Origin: Gemmatimonadota bacterium
Lineage (GTDB): Bacteria > Gemmatimonadota > Gemmatimonadetes > Palauibacterales > Palauibacteraceae
DNA: 64,000 nt
Assembly (NCBI GenBank): GCA_046757885.1
Contig: JBHHZD010000008.1
Span: 4,363 to 68,362, forward strand
Reading direction: 5' to 3'
Positions 36,398 through 46,634 of this stretch are shown piece after piece (position 1 is the stretch's first letter; every line of letters starts with the position of its first letter). The notes under the pieces were generated by a model. That model saw only the letters and a program-made list of their open reading frames with translations. It was not told the DNA's origin and did not search any database. Position numbers and translations under genes: made by a program.

Positions 36398-37381
36398 GTG
36401 GAGTCGTCGAATCGCGCGCCCGGGCGGCTCGCCGGTTATCTGTTCGCCCTGGGGGCGGGCAGCCTGTGGGGCACGACGGGTCCCCTGAGCACGGCGCTGT
36501 ACGCCAGGGGAGCCGAGCTCACCGGCGTCGGCTTCTGGCGGATCGCGATCGCGACGGCCGGATTCCTGGTCTACGGGCTTGTCCGGCCCGGCCTCTTCCG
36601 CGTCGACCGCAAGGCCCTCCTTCTCGTGGGGCTGGCCGGCGGCGCCTTCGTGGCCCTGTTCGAGGTCTCCTACCAGTACGCGATCGCCGGCGTCGGGGTC
36701 GCCGGAGCGGCCGCCCTCCTGTACACAGCCCCCGTGATGGTCGCCGTCCTCGCGGCTCCCTTCTTGGGCGAGCGGTTGACCGTCGCCCGGCTCGGACTCG
36801 CCATCGGCGTGATGATCGGCGCGGGCCTGACCGTGGGGGGCGGGACGGGGGCGCTCGACGTGTCGCTCGGAGGCGTCTCCGCCGCGGGCGTCGGCGTCAT
36901 CGGGGGATTGCTCGCCGCGGCCGCGTACGCCGCCACCACCCTCATCGCGCGTTTCGCCGTCCCGCGCTACGGCTCCGTGAAGGTCCTGTTCCTGGAGATC
37001 GGCGGCGGGACCCTCATCCTGTCCGTGGCGCTCCCCCTCGCCGGCCGGGCGCCCACGGCGCCGGCGACGGCGGCCGACTGGATCTTCGCGCTCCTCCTCG
37101 CGCTCGGGGCCATCCTGGCCGCGAACTTCCTGTTCTTCGGCGGGGTACGCCGGATCGAGGCGGCGCCGACCGCCGTTGCGGCCACGATCGAGCCGGTCGT
37201 GGCGGCGCTCCTGGCCCTCATGCTGTTCGGCCAGCGGCTCACGGCCGCCGGATGGGTCGGCCTCCTCCTCGTCGTCGGGAGCGTGGCCTCGAGCTACGCC
37301 TGGGAAGCCGCCGCCGGCAGGCGGCGCGCGAGCGCGGAGCCGGAGCTCGCGAGAACATCATCACGGGGGCCCGCGAGTTGA
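36398..37381 (+). CDS. EamA/DMT family transporter
   Basis: About 10 TM helices, LLYTAP, LGERLT, IEPVVA, FGQRL. GTG 36398 follows GGAGG. Confidence 0.9.
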   Translation: MESSNRAPGRLAGYLFALGAGSLWGTTGPLSTALYARGAELTGVGFWRIAIATAGFLVYGLVRPGLFRVDRKALLLVGLAGGAFVALFEVSYQYAIAGVGVAGAAALLYTAPVMVAVLAAPFLGERLTVARLGLAIGVMIGAGLTVGGGTGALDVSLGGVSAAGVGVIGGLLAAAAYAATTLIARFAVPRYGSVKVLFLEIGGGTLILSVALPLAGRAPTAPATAADWIFALLLALGAILAANFLFFGGVRRIEAAPTAVAATIEPVVAALLALMLFGQRLTAAGWVGLLLVVGSVASSYAWEAAAGRRRASAEPELARTSSRGPAS

Positions 37382-37383
37382 GC

Positions 37384-38085
37384 ATGACACGATCCCGGCG
37401 CGCCGCGATCCTCGCGGCCGCCACGCTGGTCGGAATGCCGGCGGCCATGACCGGCCAACAGGCCATCGAGCTCGACGCGGGGACGTTCGAGCTACAGCTC
37501 GAGGGACACAGGATCGGCAGCGAGGTCTTCGCGCTCCGGCGTCGGGGAGATCGGCTGATGGCCGTCGGACGGGTCACCTACGACGCGGCCGGAGCCCCCG
37601 GGCCGTCGTTCGAGACGGGACTGCGTCTCGGACCGGGATTCCGCATCGAGCGCTACGAGCTCCGGACGCTCGACGGTCCCCCGTCCCGGATCCTCGCCAC
37701 CCGGTCGGGCGGCCGTTTGCGGGTCACGACGTCCGGGCCCGAGGGCGAGCGGTTCAAGGAGTTTCTCTCCTCCCCCGGCATGCTCATCCTGGAGCGGGAC
37801 GTCGCTCACCACTACGCCCTCCTCGCCCGGCGCTTGCTCACGCGGGACGCCGGACGCTCCCGCCCCGTGACGGCGGTCATCCCGCGGCTCGGCGAGAAGC
37901 GCGCTCTATTGATCGGGGAGACGGCGCGGGATACGATCGTGATCGGAAAGGAGCGACGTCCCGCGCTTCGGATCCGGATCTCGCTCGCCGGAGAGACACG
38001 GGACCTGTGGGTCGAGCCGGAGACGGGGCGGGTCCTGCGTGTGCGGATTCCCGCCCGGGCCTGGGTCGCCACCCGCCAACCCTAG
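37384..38085 (+). CDS. Hypothetical secreted beta-rich protein
   Basis: Signal peptide MTRSRRAAILAAATLVG; alternating beta-strand pattern; LWV...GRVLRV C-terminus. Confidence 0.65.
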   Translation: MTRSRRAAILAAATLVGMPAAMTGQQAIELDAGTFELQLEGHRIGSEVFALRRRGDRLMAVGRVTYDAAGAPGPSFETGLRLGPGFRIERYELRTLDGPPSRILATRSGGRLRVTTSGPEGERFKEFLSSPGMLILERDVAHHYALLARRLLTRDAGRSRPVTAVIPRLGEKRALLIGETARDTIVIGKERRPALRIRISLAGETRDLWVEPETGRVLRVRIPARAWVATRQP

Positions 38086-38094
38086 GAGCGACCG

Positions 38095-38805
38095 ATGGAC
38101 AACGAGGCTTTCGTACCGGTCACCGACACGCCGGACGCCGGGCCGCCCCCGCTGCCGAATCTCGCCGTCCGCATCGCCCAGGTGTTCACGGCTCCGGGCA
38201 AGCTCTTCGACGCCCTGCGCGAGAAGCCGGCGTGGCTCGGCGCCCTGCTCTTCATCACGGTCGTCGGGCTCGTGGCTCAGTTCCTCGTGCCCGGGGAGAT
38301 GATCCGCGACCTCATCCGCTCGCAGGTGGGGCCCGACGCCACGGCCCAGCAGGTGGACGCGGCCGTGCGCATCGGCGCGATCACGCGCTACGTGGGCGCC
38401 GTGATCGGGCCCGTCATCGTGTTCGTCATCATCGCCGGGATCCTGCTGCTCATTTACAACGTGATGCTGGGCGGCGAGGGGTCCTTCCGGCAGGTGTTCA
38501 GCGCCACCATCCACGCGAATCTCGTGGGGACGATCGGCGGCGTCGCGATCCTGCCGCTCGCCATCGCGAGGGGAGACCTGCGAACGGCGCTCGCCCTGGA
38601 TCTTCTCGTCCCGGGCCTCGAGCCGTCCGGCTTCGCCTTTCGCTTCCTTCACGGACTGAACGTGTTCGGGATCTGGACGATCGTCGTGCTCGGGATCGCG
38701 CTGAGCCGGATCTACCCGAAGGTGACGGCGGGTGGCGCCATCGGCGTGCTCATGGCGCTGTACCTAGTGCTCAAGCTCATCCTCGCCGCGGTCGGAGCCG
38801 GCTGA
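38095..38805 (+). CDS. Yip1-family membrane protein (YknW-like)
   Basis: VFTAPGKLFDALREKP-W, F-QVFS, NVFGIW; about 5 TM helices. Confidence 0.8.
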   Translation: MDNEAFVPVTDTPDAGPPPLPNLAVRIAQVFTAPGKLFDALREKPAWLGALLFITVVGLVAQFLVPGEMIRDLIRSQVGPDATAQQVDAAVRIGAITRYVGAVIGPVIVFVIIAGILLLIYNVMLGGEGSFRQVFSATIHANLVGTIGGVAILPLAIARGDLRTALALDLLVPGLEPSGFAFRFLHGLNVFGIWTIVVLGIALSRIYPKVTAGGAIGVLMALYLVLKLILAAVGAG

Positions 38806-38899
38806 CCACCCGCTCCCGCCGCCCCACGGGTCGGGGGAAGTCGCCGGACCCGAGTGCCGTCCGGAGCGCAGGCGAACCGCCGCTCCGGACCGCCAGCCG

Positions 38900-38926
38900 T
38901 GAAACCTCGGCGGGGCGGGCGACGTA
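38900..38926 (+). promoter_or_regulatory. ECF (SigW-like) promoter upstream of the efflux adaptor gene
   Basis: TGAAAC, 17 nt, CGTA. Confidence 0.5.
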
Positions 38927-38971
38927 TATCGCGCGGGCTTCCGAACTCGCACGGATCTTGGGAGAAAGTGC

Positions 38972-40255
38972 ATGTCTCGTCGCAATAAAATCCTGATCGG
39001 GCTGGGCGTCGTCGTCCTGCTCGGCCTCCTGGCCGCGCTGTCCCTGCGGGGCGCAAACCGCGAGGGAATCGAAGTTCGCACGGAGAAGGTCGGGCGGCGG
39101 GACCTCGTGTCCCGCGTGACCGCGACCGGGTACATCGAGCCCCGTACCTCCGTGGACATCAGCGCGGACGTCTCCGGCCGAATCGTGGAGCTGAACGTGG
39201 AGGAAGGCCAGGACGTTCAGGAGGGGGACCTTCTGCTGGTCATCGATCCGGCCCGCTTCGAGGCTGCGCTCGAGCGGAGCCAGGCCGCCCTGGCGGAGGC
39301 CGAGGCGCGCGAGGTCCAGGCGCGGGCGAACTACGAGCAGGCCCAACGCGACTGGGATCGGATCCGGCAGCTCAAGGACGTCGGCGGCAACCTGATCACG
39401 GACTCGGAGTACGAGCAGTCGAGGACGCAGGCCGATGTTCAGAAGGCGCTCTGGGAGTCCGCGAAGCACAACGTGGAGATCGCCAGGGCGAGCGTGGCGG
39501 AGGCGGAGGACCAGCTGTCCAAGACGGTGATCGAAGCCCCGATGAGCGGACGGGTCACGCGCCTGAACGTGGAGAAGGGGGAGACGGCCGTCGTCGGCAC
39601 GATGAACAACCCGGGCAGCCTCCTCCTGACCGTTGCCGACCTCTCCGTGATGGAGGCGGTCATCGAGGTAGACGAGACGGACGTCCCCGACATCGAGGTT
39701 GGGGACTCGACCGTCGTGCACATCGACGCGTTTCAGGACGAGGAGTTCCAGGGCGTGGTGACGAAGATCGGAAACAGCTCGATCCGGCCTCGAACCTCGC
39801 TGCAGGCGGGAGGGAGCGACCAGGCGATCGATTTCGAGGTTCGGATCACGCTCAAGGACCCGGACCGGCGGCTGAGGACGGATCTCAGCGCCACGGCCGA
39901 CGTGATCACCGCCGTGCGCGAGAACGCCGTCGCGATCCCGATCATCTCGCTCACGCTCATGGAGCCGGACGAGTTCGAGCGGCTCCCGAACGAGAACGAG
40001 GCCCCCGACAGCGCATCGGCGACCGGGCCGAAGGAAGCCATCGAGGGGGTCTTCGTGGTCGACGGCGACCACGTCCGATTCCGCCCCGTCGAGATCGGGG
40101 TGGCGGGCGATGACTACTTCGAGGTCCTGAGCGGACTCGAGGAGGGCGAAACCGTGGTGTCGGGCTCGTACCAGGCAATCCGGGACCTGGAAGACGGCTC
40201 TCCCATCCGGGTCATCGCGGCCGACTCCGCGAGCGGATCCATCGAGGCGAGCTGA
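38972..40255 (+). CDS. MacA/YknX-like periplasmic adaptor (membrane fusion protein)
   Basis: N-terminal TM, lipoyl halves (VSGRI...EGQDV; APMSGRV), alpha-hairpin, [16 protein letters not shown]. Confidence 0.92.
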   Translation: MSRRNKILIGLGVVVLLGLLAALSLRGANREGIEVRTEKVGRRDLVSRVTATGYIEPRTSVDISADVSGRIVELNVEEGQDVQEGDLLLVIDPARFEAALERSQAALAEAEAREVQARANYEQAQRDWDRIRQLKDVGGNLITDSEYEQSRTQADVQKALWESAKHNVEIARASVAEAEDQLSKTVIEAPMSGRVTRLNVEKGETAVVGTMNNPGSLLLTVADLSVMEAVIEVDETDVPDIEVGDSTVVHIDAFQDEEFQGVVTKIGNSSIRPRTSLQAGGSDQAIDFEVRITLKDPDRRLRTDLSATADVITAVRENAVAIPIISLTLMEPDEFERLPNENEAPDSASATGPKEAIEGVFVVDGDHVRFRPVEIGVAGDDYFEVLSGLEEGETVVSGSYQAIRDLEDGSPIRVIAADSASGSIEAS

Positions 40256-40265
40256 GGAGGCCGGG

Positions 40266-41006
40266 GTGAACGTGGAGTTGATGCCGGGGGGAAACGGGGG
40301 GCCGCCGCTCATCCTGACTCGGGGCCTCACGAAGGAGTATCAGATGGGGACCGAGACCGTCCATGCGCTGCGGGGCGTGGACCTCGATATCCGGGCGAAC
40401 GAGTACATCGCGATCATGGGACCCTCGGGCTCGGGCAAGTCCACGCTGATGAACCTCATCGGCTGCCTGGACACGCCCACGGCCGGCTCCTACGTCCTGA
40501 ACGAGCAGGCCGTGCAGGACCTGGACGACGATGAGCTCGCCCGGATCCGCAATCGCGAGATCGGCTTCGTCTTCCAGACGTTCAACCTTCTCCCGCGCGC
40601 GAGCGCCCTCCACAACGTCGAGTTGCCGCTCATCTACGCCGGCGTCGCCGCCCGCGAGCGCGTGGAGCGCGCGACGGAGGCGCTGACGCGGGTGGACCTC
40701 GCGGATCGGCTGGATCACAAGCCGACCGAGCTCTCGGGCGGACAGCGCCAGCGCGTCGCGATCGCGCGCGCGCTCGTGAATCGGCCGTCGATCCTGCTGG
40801 CCGACGAGCCGACGGGCAACCTCGACTCCGTGACCTCAGAGGAGATCATGCAGGTGTTCGAGGAGCTGTACCGGCAGGGCCAGACGATCATCATGGTCAC
40901 GCACGAGCACGACATCTCCGAGCGCGCCGAGCGGGTCATCACGCTGCGGGACGGACGGATCGAGTCTCTCGACGCCACCCGCGAGCCCCGGCCGCCGAGG
41001 GCCTGA
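40266..41006 (+). CDS. ABC transporter ATP-binding protein (MacB/LolD-type)
   Basis: [31 protein letters not shown]. Confidence 0.96.
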   Translation: MNVELMPGGNGGPPLILTRGLTKEYQMGTETVHALRGVDLDIRANEYIAIMGPSGSGKSTLMNLIGCLDTPTAGSYVLNEQAVQDLDDDELARIRNREIGFVFQTFNLLPRASALHNVELPLIYAGVAARERVERATEALTRVDLADRLDHKPTELSGGQRQRVAIARALVNRPSILLADEPTGNLDSVTSEEIMQVFEELYRQGQTIIMVTHEHDISERAERVITLRDGRIESLDATREPRPPRA

Positions 41007-41016
41007 GGGCGCGATC

Positions 41017-42261
41017 GTGGAGTTTCTCGAGGGGATCCGCATCGCGCTTCAGCAGATCCGCGCGAACAAGCTCAAGTCGTTCTTCACGCTCGTCGGCGTC
41101 ATCATCGGCATCATGTTCCTCATCGCGGTCATCACCGTCGTGGAGGGCATGAACCGGTACGTGCAGGACGACTTCGCGGGCTCGATCTTCGGCGTGAACA
41201 CGTTCACGGTCGTCCGCCGAAGCCAGATCCAGACCGGAGCCGAGACGGAGGAGCGCCGCCGTCGGCAGGCCCGGAACCCGTTCCTGACCCTGGCGGACGT
41301 GAAGGTCGTCCGCGAGGCGGTACCGACGGCCTGGAGGCTGGCGTACTCCCAGGACCGGTTCTTCAATCAGGTCTCCTACCGGGAGCGGCGGCGCCGCAAC
41401 ATCCGCGTGATCGGCGGCTCGGAGGAGTACGAGGCCCTCCAGGGCTGGAACGTAGCGGTGGGGAGGGGGCTGTCGCCGCTGGACGAGCGGCGGGCGCTGA
41501 AGGTCGCGGTCATCGGGGGAGAGATCGCGGAGAAGCTCTTTCCGGACGTCACGCCGATCGGCAAGCGGATCCGGCTCGGCTCCCAGCGCTACGAGGTCGT
41601 GGGCGTGTGGGAGAAACAGGGAGGATTGCTCGGGAACATCCGGGACGCCTCGATCCTCGTGCCGTTCTCCGTCTACCGCCAGTCGCTCGCGACCTCGCGG
41701 GACCGGGTCGAGGAGATCCAGGTGAAGATGCGCTCGGCCGAGGAGATGGAGGCCGCCATGCTCCAGGTCGAGGCCGCGCTCCGCCGCGAGCGGAAGCTGC
41801 GGCCCGGCGCGGAGAACAACTTCTGGCTCCAGACATCCAACGAGCTGTTGAGCGCGTGGGAGAAGATCAACACGATCCTGTTCGCCGCGATCCCGGGCCT
41901 CGTCGGCGTCTCGCTCGTCGTCGGTGGCATCGTGATCATGAACATCATGTTGCTGTCCGTGGCGGGAAGGACGCGCGAGATCGGGGTTCGCAAGGCGCTC
42001 GGCGCGCGCCGGCGCGACATCCTCCTCCAGTTCCTCGCGGAGTCGTCCACGCTCTCGATCCTCGGCGCGGCGATCGGCGTCGCCCTCGGGATCGGCCTCG
42101 GGATGGCGGTGGACGCGTTCACGCCCCTGCCGGCGTCCGTCCCCGCCTGGGCGCTCGGCCTCTCGTTGACGCTCGGGCTCGCCGTCGGCATCGGGTCGGG
42201 TCTCTACCCGGCCTACCGGGCCGCGAAGCTGGACCCCATCGTGGCGCTCCGGTATGAGTAG
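41017..42261 (+). CDS. MacB/FtsX-type ABC permease
   Basis: VGGIVIMNIML, RTREIGVRKALGA, QFLAES, YPAYRAAKLDP. Confidence 0.95.
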   Translation: MEFLEGIRIALQQIRANKLKSFFTLVGVIIGIMFLIAVITVVEGMNRYVQDDFAGSIFGVNTFTVVRRSQIQTGAETEERRRRQARNPFLTLADVKVVREAVPTAWRLAYSQDRFFNQVSYRERRRRNIRVIGGSEEYEALQGWNVAVGRGLSPLDERRALKVAVIGGEIAEKLFPDVTPIGKRIRLGSQRYEVVGVWEKQGGLLGNIRDASILVPFSVYRQSLATSRDRVEEIQVKMRSAEEMEAAMLQVEAALRRERKLRPGAENNFWLQTSNELLSAWEKINTILFAAIPGLVGVSLVVGGIVIMNIMLLSVAGRTREIGVRKALGARRRDILLQFLAESSTLSILGAAIGVALGIGLGMAVDAFTPLPASVPAWALGLSLTLGLAVGIGSGLYPAYRAAKLDPIVALRYE

Positions 42262-43552
42262 CCGGCGGCGGAGGGGCGGGATGGGCTTCGCGGCCACGCT
42301 GCGGGAAGGCATCCGGGTCGCGCTCGATTCGTTGCGCGCGAACAAGGTGCGCAGCGGCCTCACGATCCTCGGCGTGACGATCGGGGTCATGGTCGTGATG
42401 ATCATGGCGGCCATGGTCCAGGGACTGAACTCGAGCTTCAAGGACGCGATCGCGGCCGCCGGGCCCACGACGTTCTACGTGTTCCACGCTCCGGTCGGTG
42501 GGGGGGGCGGGGTGCAGACGGGCCTGGAGGAGGAGGAGAACGAGTTCATGAAGAACCCGCCTCTCGACCCGCGTTGGACTCGGGAGCTCGCGCGGCTGCC
42601 CGGGATTCGGAGCGTGGCGGCGGGGGCGGATCTGTCGCAGATGGGCTACCACGCCGACACGTCGGATCAGGACGTCCGCATCACCCTCTACGGCGTGGAC
42701 GCCGACTACATGGAGATCGACGGCGGCGACCTGGTGGACGGCCGGTTCTTCACCCGGACGGAGGAGCAGCGGCGGCGCCCCGTGGCCGTCATCGACTCGG
42801 CGACGGCCCTCGACCTGTACTCCGGGCTGGATCCGCTCGCGAAGACGATGAACATCGGGCGGCCGGGACGACGTCGGTCCCCGTTCCGCTCCATCGGGAT
42901 CTACCGCCCGCCCACGAACCTGTTCGCCGCGCTCACCACCCACTACGTGTTCGTCCCGTTCGGCGCGGCCCTGAAGTATCTCGGCGTGTGGAACCGCATG
43001 GTGTGGTTCACGGTCAAGCCCGCCGACGGCGTCCCGCTGGAGACGGCGCTCGACGTGGTGCGGACCCGCATGCGGCAGCTGCGGGGCCTTCGGCCCGATC
43101 AGGACGACGATTTCCACCTCATCACACAGGACCAGGTCCTGGACTTCTGGAACCGGCTCACCGGGGTCTTCTTCACCGTCATGGTCGCGCTCTCGGGCGT
43201 GGGCCTGCTCGTGGGCGGCATCGGCGTCGTGGGGATCATGATGATCTCGGTCACCGAGCGGACGCGGGAGATCGGCCTCCGCAAGGCCCTCGGGGCGCGC
43301 CGCCGCGATCTCATGTGGCAGTTTCTCGTGGAGGCCGCGACGCTCACGTTGCTCGGCGGGGCCATCGGCATGCTGCTCGGGGGGCTGTTCGTCGGCATGA
43401 TCGCGAGCCTCACACCGGTCCCGGCTTCCGTTCCCGCGTGGTCCGTCGTGGCGGCGCTGCTCGCCTCCATCCTCACGGGCGTCGGCTTCGGCCTCTACCC
43501 CGCGGCCCGCGGGGCGCAGCTCGACCCCGTCGACGCCCTGCGCTACGAGTGA
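42254..43552 (+). CDS. MacB/FtsX-type ABC permease (second paralogue)
   Basis: VGGIGVVGIM, ERTREIGLRKALGA, QFLVEA, YPAARGAQLDP. Start may be ATG 42281. Confidence 0.95.
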   Translation: MSSRRRRGGMGFAATLREGIRVALDSLRANKVRSGLTILGVTIGVMVVMIMAAMVQGLNSSFKDAIAAAGPTTFYVFHAPVGGGGGVQTGLEEEENEFMKNPPLDPRWTRELARLPGIRSVAAGADLSQMGYHADTSDQDVRITLYGVDADYMEIDGGDLVDGRFFTRTEEQRRRPVAVIDSATALDLYSGLDPLAKTMNIGRPGRRRSPFRSIGIYRPPTNLFAALTTHYVFVPFGAALKYLGVWNRMVWFTVKPADGVPLETALDVVRTRMRQLRGLRPDQDDDFHLITQDQVLDFWNRLTGVFFTVMVALSGVGLLVGGIGVVGIMMISVTERTREIGLRKALGARRRDLMWQFLVEAATLTLLGGAIGMLLGGLFVGMIASLTPVPASVPAWSVVAALLASILTGVGFGLYPAARGAQLDPVDALRYE

Positions 43553-43571
43553 GACCGGACGGGCGCGCGTC

Positions 43572-44309
43572 GTGAGCGGGGTGCCGTGCGATCCCACGCC
43601 GGTCGATGTCCTAGCCGTCGCCGCGCACCGCGACGACGCGGAGCTGTTGTGCGGAGGCACGCTGATTCGCTGCGCCGATCAGGGGGCCCGCACGGGCGTG
43701 CTCGACCTCACGGCGGGCGAGGCGGGCTCCCGGGGATCTGCGGACCTGCGGGCGGAGGAATCGGCCCGGGCCGCCGAGGTTCTCGGCCTGACCGTGCGCC
43801 TGAACGCGGGATTCCCCGATGCCGAACTGTTCAACACCCCGGAGAACCGGGAGTCCCTCGTGTCCACGCTCCGGCGTCTCACGCCGAGAGTCGTGATCCT
43901 GCCCTTCTTCCGGGGCCGGCACCCGGACCACCGGGTCGCGGCCGAGCTGGCCCGCGACGCCTGCTTCCTCGCCGGTCTCCGTCGGTACGGCGACGGCGAG
44001 CCCCATCGCCCGCTCAAGGTGCTCTACGCGATGAGCTTTCGGGAGGACCCGATCAAGCCGACCTTCGTCGTGCCGATCGAGGACCAGTTCGGCCGGAAGA
44101 TGGAGGCGATTCGGTGCTATGCGTCGCAGTTCGAGGGCGCGACGAGCGCGGGCGAGGCGTTTCCGACGGGGCAGACCCTCACGGACCTCGTCGAGACCCA
44201 GAACCGGCACTACGGATCCCTCATCCGGGCGGGCTACGGCGAGCCGTTCTACACCGAGGAGACGATGCGGGTCGACGACCTGCTCTCGCTGTCCGTGAGG
44301 TCCCTCTGA
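43572..44309 (+). CDS. bshB1: Bacillithiol biosynthesis GlcNAc-malate deacetylase (PIG-L family)
   Basis: AHRDDAEL, DLTAGEAGSRG, RHPDH, KMEAIRCYASQF, GEPF. Confidence 0.8.
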   Translation: MSGVPCDPTPVDVLAVAAHRDDAELLCGGTLIRCADQGARTGVLDLTAGEAGSRGSADLRAEESARAAEVLGLTVRLNAGFPDAELFNTPENRESLVSTLRRLTPRVVILPFFRGRHPDHRVAAELARDACFLAGLRRYGDGEPHRPLKVLYAMSFREDPIKPTFVVPIEDQFGRKMEAIRCYASQFEGATSAGEAFPTGQTLTDLVETQNRHYGSLIRAGYGEPFYTEETMRVDDLLSLSVRSL

Positions 44310-44334
44310 TTCGGAAGCCGGGACCGGAGGGGAG

Positions 44335-45534
44335 ATGAGCCCGACCCGCCCTGGCCCGGGGATCTACCTGGACCACGCCGCGACCTCCCCCATCCGGGTC
44401 GAGGTGTGGGAGGCGATGGCGAGCGCCGTCGGGACGGCCGACTTCAACGCCGCGAGTCAGCACGCGTTCGGCCGGGCGGCCCGGGTCCGGCTCGAGGACG
44501 CGCGAGAAGAGCTCGCGAGCGCGCTCGGCGCGACGCGGCACGAGATCGTGCTCACCGGGGGCGGGACCCAGTCCGACAACCTGGCGATTCTCGGCTTCGC
44601 CCGGGCCCGCATGCCGGAGCGGCCCCGTCTGCTCGTGTCGAGGATCGAGCACAAGGCGGTCCTCGAGCCCGCCGAGCGGGCGGGCTCGGAGGGAGCGGAG
44701 GTCGTTCCGCTGGACGTGGATCGGAACGGAGAGCTCGAGCTCCAGGCGCTGGAGCGGGAGCTGGAGGCGAGCGCCGGGCGTCCCACGCTCGTGTCCGTCA
44801 TGTGGGCGAACAACGAGATCGGCGTGGTGCAGCCCCTGGATCGGATCACCGAGCTCGCCCACCGACACGGGGCGTCCATCCACACGGACGCCGTCCAGGC
44901 GGTCGGAAAGCTGGACGTCTCCGTGCGGAACGTTCCGGTCGATCTCCTCACGATGACCGCGCACAAGCTCGGGGGGCCGGTGGGCGTGGGTCTGCTCTAC
45001 GTGCGTCGGGGAGCGAAGCTGGAGCCCCTGGCGTACGGTGGCGGCCAGGAGGGATCTCTGTGGCCCGGCACGCAGAACCCGGTGGGCGCGGTCGGCCTCG
45101 CGGCGGCGGTTCGACTCGCGACAGGCGAGCCGGAGGCCGTCCGGTCCCGGTGGAGCGCGATGCGCGATCGGCTCGAGCTTCGGCTCCGCGAAGGCATCCC
45201 CGACCTTCGGGTGCACGCCGGAGCGGCGGAGACGCGGATGCCGAATCTGCTCAGCGTCGGGATCCCCGGCGTGGACCAGGCTGCCCTCCTCGTCGCCGTG
45301 GACCTGGCCGGCGTCGCCGTGTCGGGCGGCTCGGCCTGCAGCAGCGGCTCCGCGCGCCCGTCCCACGTCCTCGAGGCCATCGGCGTACACCCCGAGGAGG
45401 GCGGCTACGGGGTCCTTCGATTCAGCTTCGGGCCGCAGACGACGCCCGAGGAGGTCGAGAGGGCGGCGACCGTCGTGCTCGCGGTCGTGGAGCGCCTCCG
45501 GGAGTCGGGAGCCGGAGCGGGGGGAGGATCGTGA
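44335..45534 (+). CDS. Cysteine desulfurase (IscS/NifS group I)
   Basis: YLDHAATS, EHKAV, NNEIG, DAVQ, AHKLGGP, SGGSACSS. Confidence 0.93.
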   Translation: MSPTRPGPGIYLDHAATSPIRVEVWEAMASAVGTADFNAASQHAFGRAARVRLEDAREELASALGATRHEIVLTGGGTQSDNLAILGFARARMPERPRLLVSRIEHKAVLEPAERAGSEGAEVVPLDVDRNGELELQALERELEASAGRPTLVSVMWANNEIGVVQPLDRITELAHRHGASIHTDAVQAVGKLDVSVRNVPVDLLTMTAHKLGGPVGVGLLYVRRGAKLEPLAYGGGQEGSLWPGTQNPVGAVGLAAAVRLATGEPEAVRSRWSAMRDRLELRLREGIPDLRVHAGAAETRMPNLLSVGIPGVDQAALLVAVDLAGVAVSGGSACSSGSARPSHVLEAIGVHPEEGGYGVLRFSFGPQTTPEEVERAATVVLAVVERLRESGAGAGGGS

Positions 45535-46616
45535 GCGGCTCGCGCACGGCCGGACGCGTCCTCGTCGCGATGTCCGGTGGGGTCGACTCCAGCGTGGCCG
45601 CGGCCCTGCTCGGGGAGAGGGGCCACGAGGTCGTGGGCGTGACGATGAAGACGTTCTGCTATGCCGAGGCGCCGGCGGGAAGCCGGACCTGCTGTGGCCT
45701 CGAGGGCATCGCGGACGCGCGGGCCGTCGCGGCGAGACTGGGGTTCCCGCATGTGGTGTGCGACGTGGAGAAGACGTTCACGGCCGACGTCATCGCCGAC
45801 TTCGTCCAGGAGTACGCGGCCGGGCGGACCCCGATCCCGTGCGTGCGCTGCAACAGTTTCACGAAGTTCCGGGACCTGGTCCGGCGGGCGGACGAGCTCG
45901 GATGCGATCTCGTCGCGACGGGACACTACGCGCGCGTCATCCCGACCGCGGACGGCCCGCGCCTCGCGCGCCCCGCGGACGCGCGGAAGGATCAGACGTA
46001 TTTCCTCTGGGGCATCCCGGCCGGCGTGCTGAGGCGGCTTCGTCTTCCCCTCGGGGACCTCCGGAAGCCCGAGGTCCGCCGGCGCGCCCGTGAGCTGAAC
46101 CTCGTGACGGCCGACAAGCCCGAGTCCTTCGAGATCTGCTTCGTGCCGGACGGCGACTACGCGGGCGTCCTCGGACGGCATCTCGGTCCCGACCATCCCG
46201 CCCTGCTCCCGGGGCCCGTCGTCCGCCGGGACGGCCGGGAGGTCGGCGAGCACGCCGGCTACGCCCGGTTCACGGTGGGCCAGCGGAAGCGCCTCCCGGG
46301 CGGAGCGGCGGAGCCCCTGTACGTGCTCGAGATCCGGCCGGAGAGTCGCACGGTCGTGGTGGGGCCGCGGAACGAGCTCGCGAGAGCGGATCTGCTCGCG
46401 GAGCGGGCGAACTGGCTCGCGGACCCGCCAGCGCCCGGCGAGGAGATCGGAGTCCGGATCCGGCACGGCGCTCCGATCGTCGAGGCGAGGACCCTGGAGG
46501 TCGCGCCGTCCCGCTTCCGGCTCGAGCTCCTGGCAGCGCAGCACGCAGTGACGCCCGGCCAGAGCGCCGTCCTCTACCGCGGTGACATGGTGCTCGGCGG
46601 CGGGGTCATCCACTGA
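45531..46616 (+). CDS. mnmA: tRNA 2-thiouridine(34) synthase
   Basis: SGGVDS, TPIPCVRCN, ATGHY, KDQTYFL, ESFEICF, GQRK, TPGQSAV. Confidence 0.96.
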   Translation: MSGSRTAGRVLVAMSGGVDSSVAAALLGERGHEVVGVTMKTFCYAEAPAGSRTCCGLEGIADARAVAARLGFPHVVCDVEKTFTADVIADFVQEYAAGRTPIPCVRCNSFTKFRDLVRRADELGCDLVATGHYARVIPTADGPRLARPADARKDQTYFLWGIPAGVLRRLRLPLGDLRKPEVRRRARELNLVTADKPESFEICFVPDGDYAGVLGRHLGPDHPALLPGPVVRRDGREVGEHAGYARFTVGQRKRLPGGAAEPLYVLEIRPESRTVVVGPRNELARADLLAERANWLADPPAPGEEIGVRIRHGAPIVEARTLEVAPSRFRLELLAAQHAVTPGQSAVLYRGDMVLGGGVIH

Positions 46617-46634
46617 CCCCGCGACGACGGGCCC

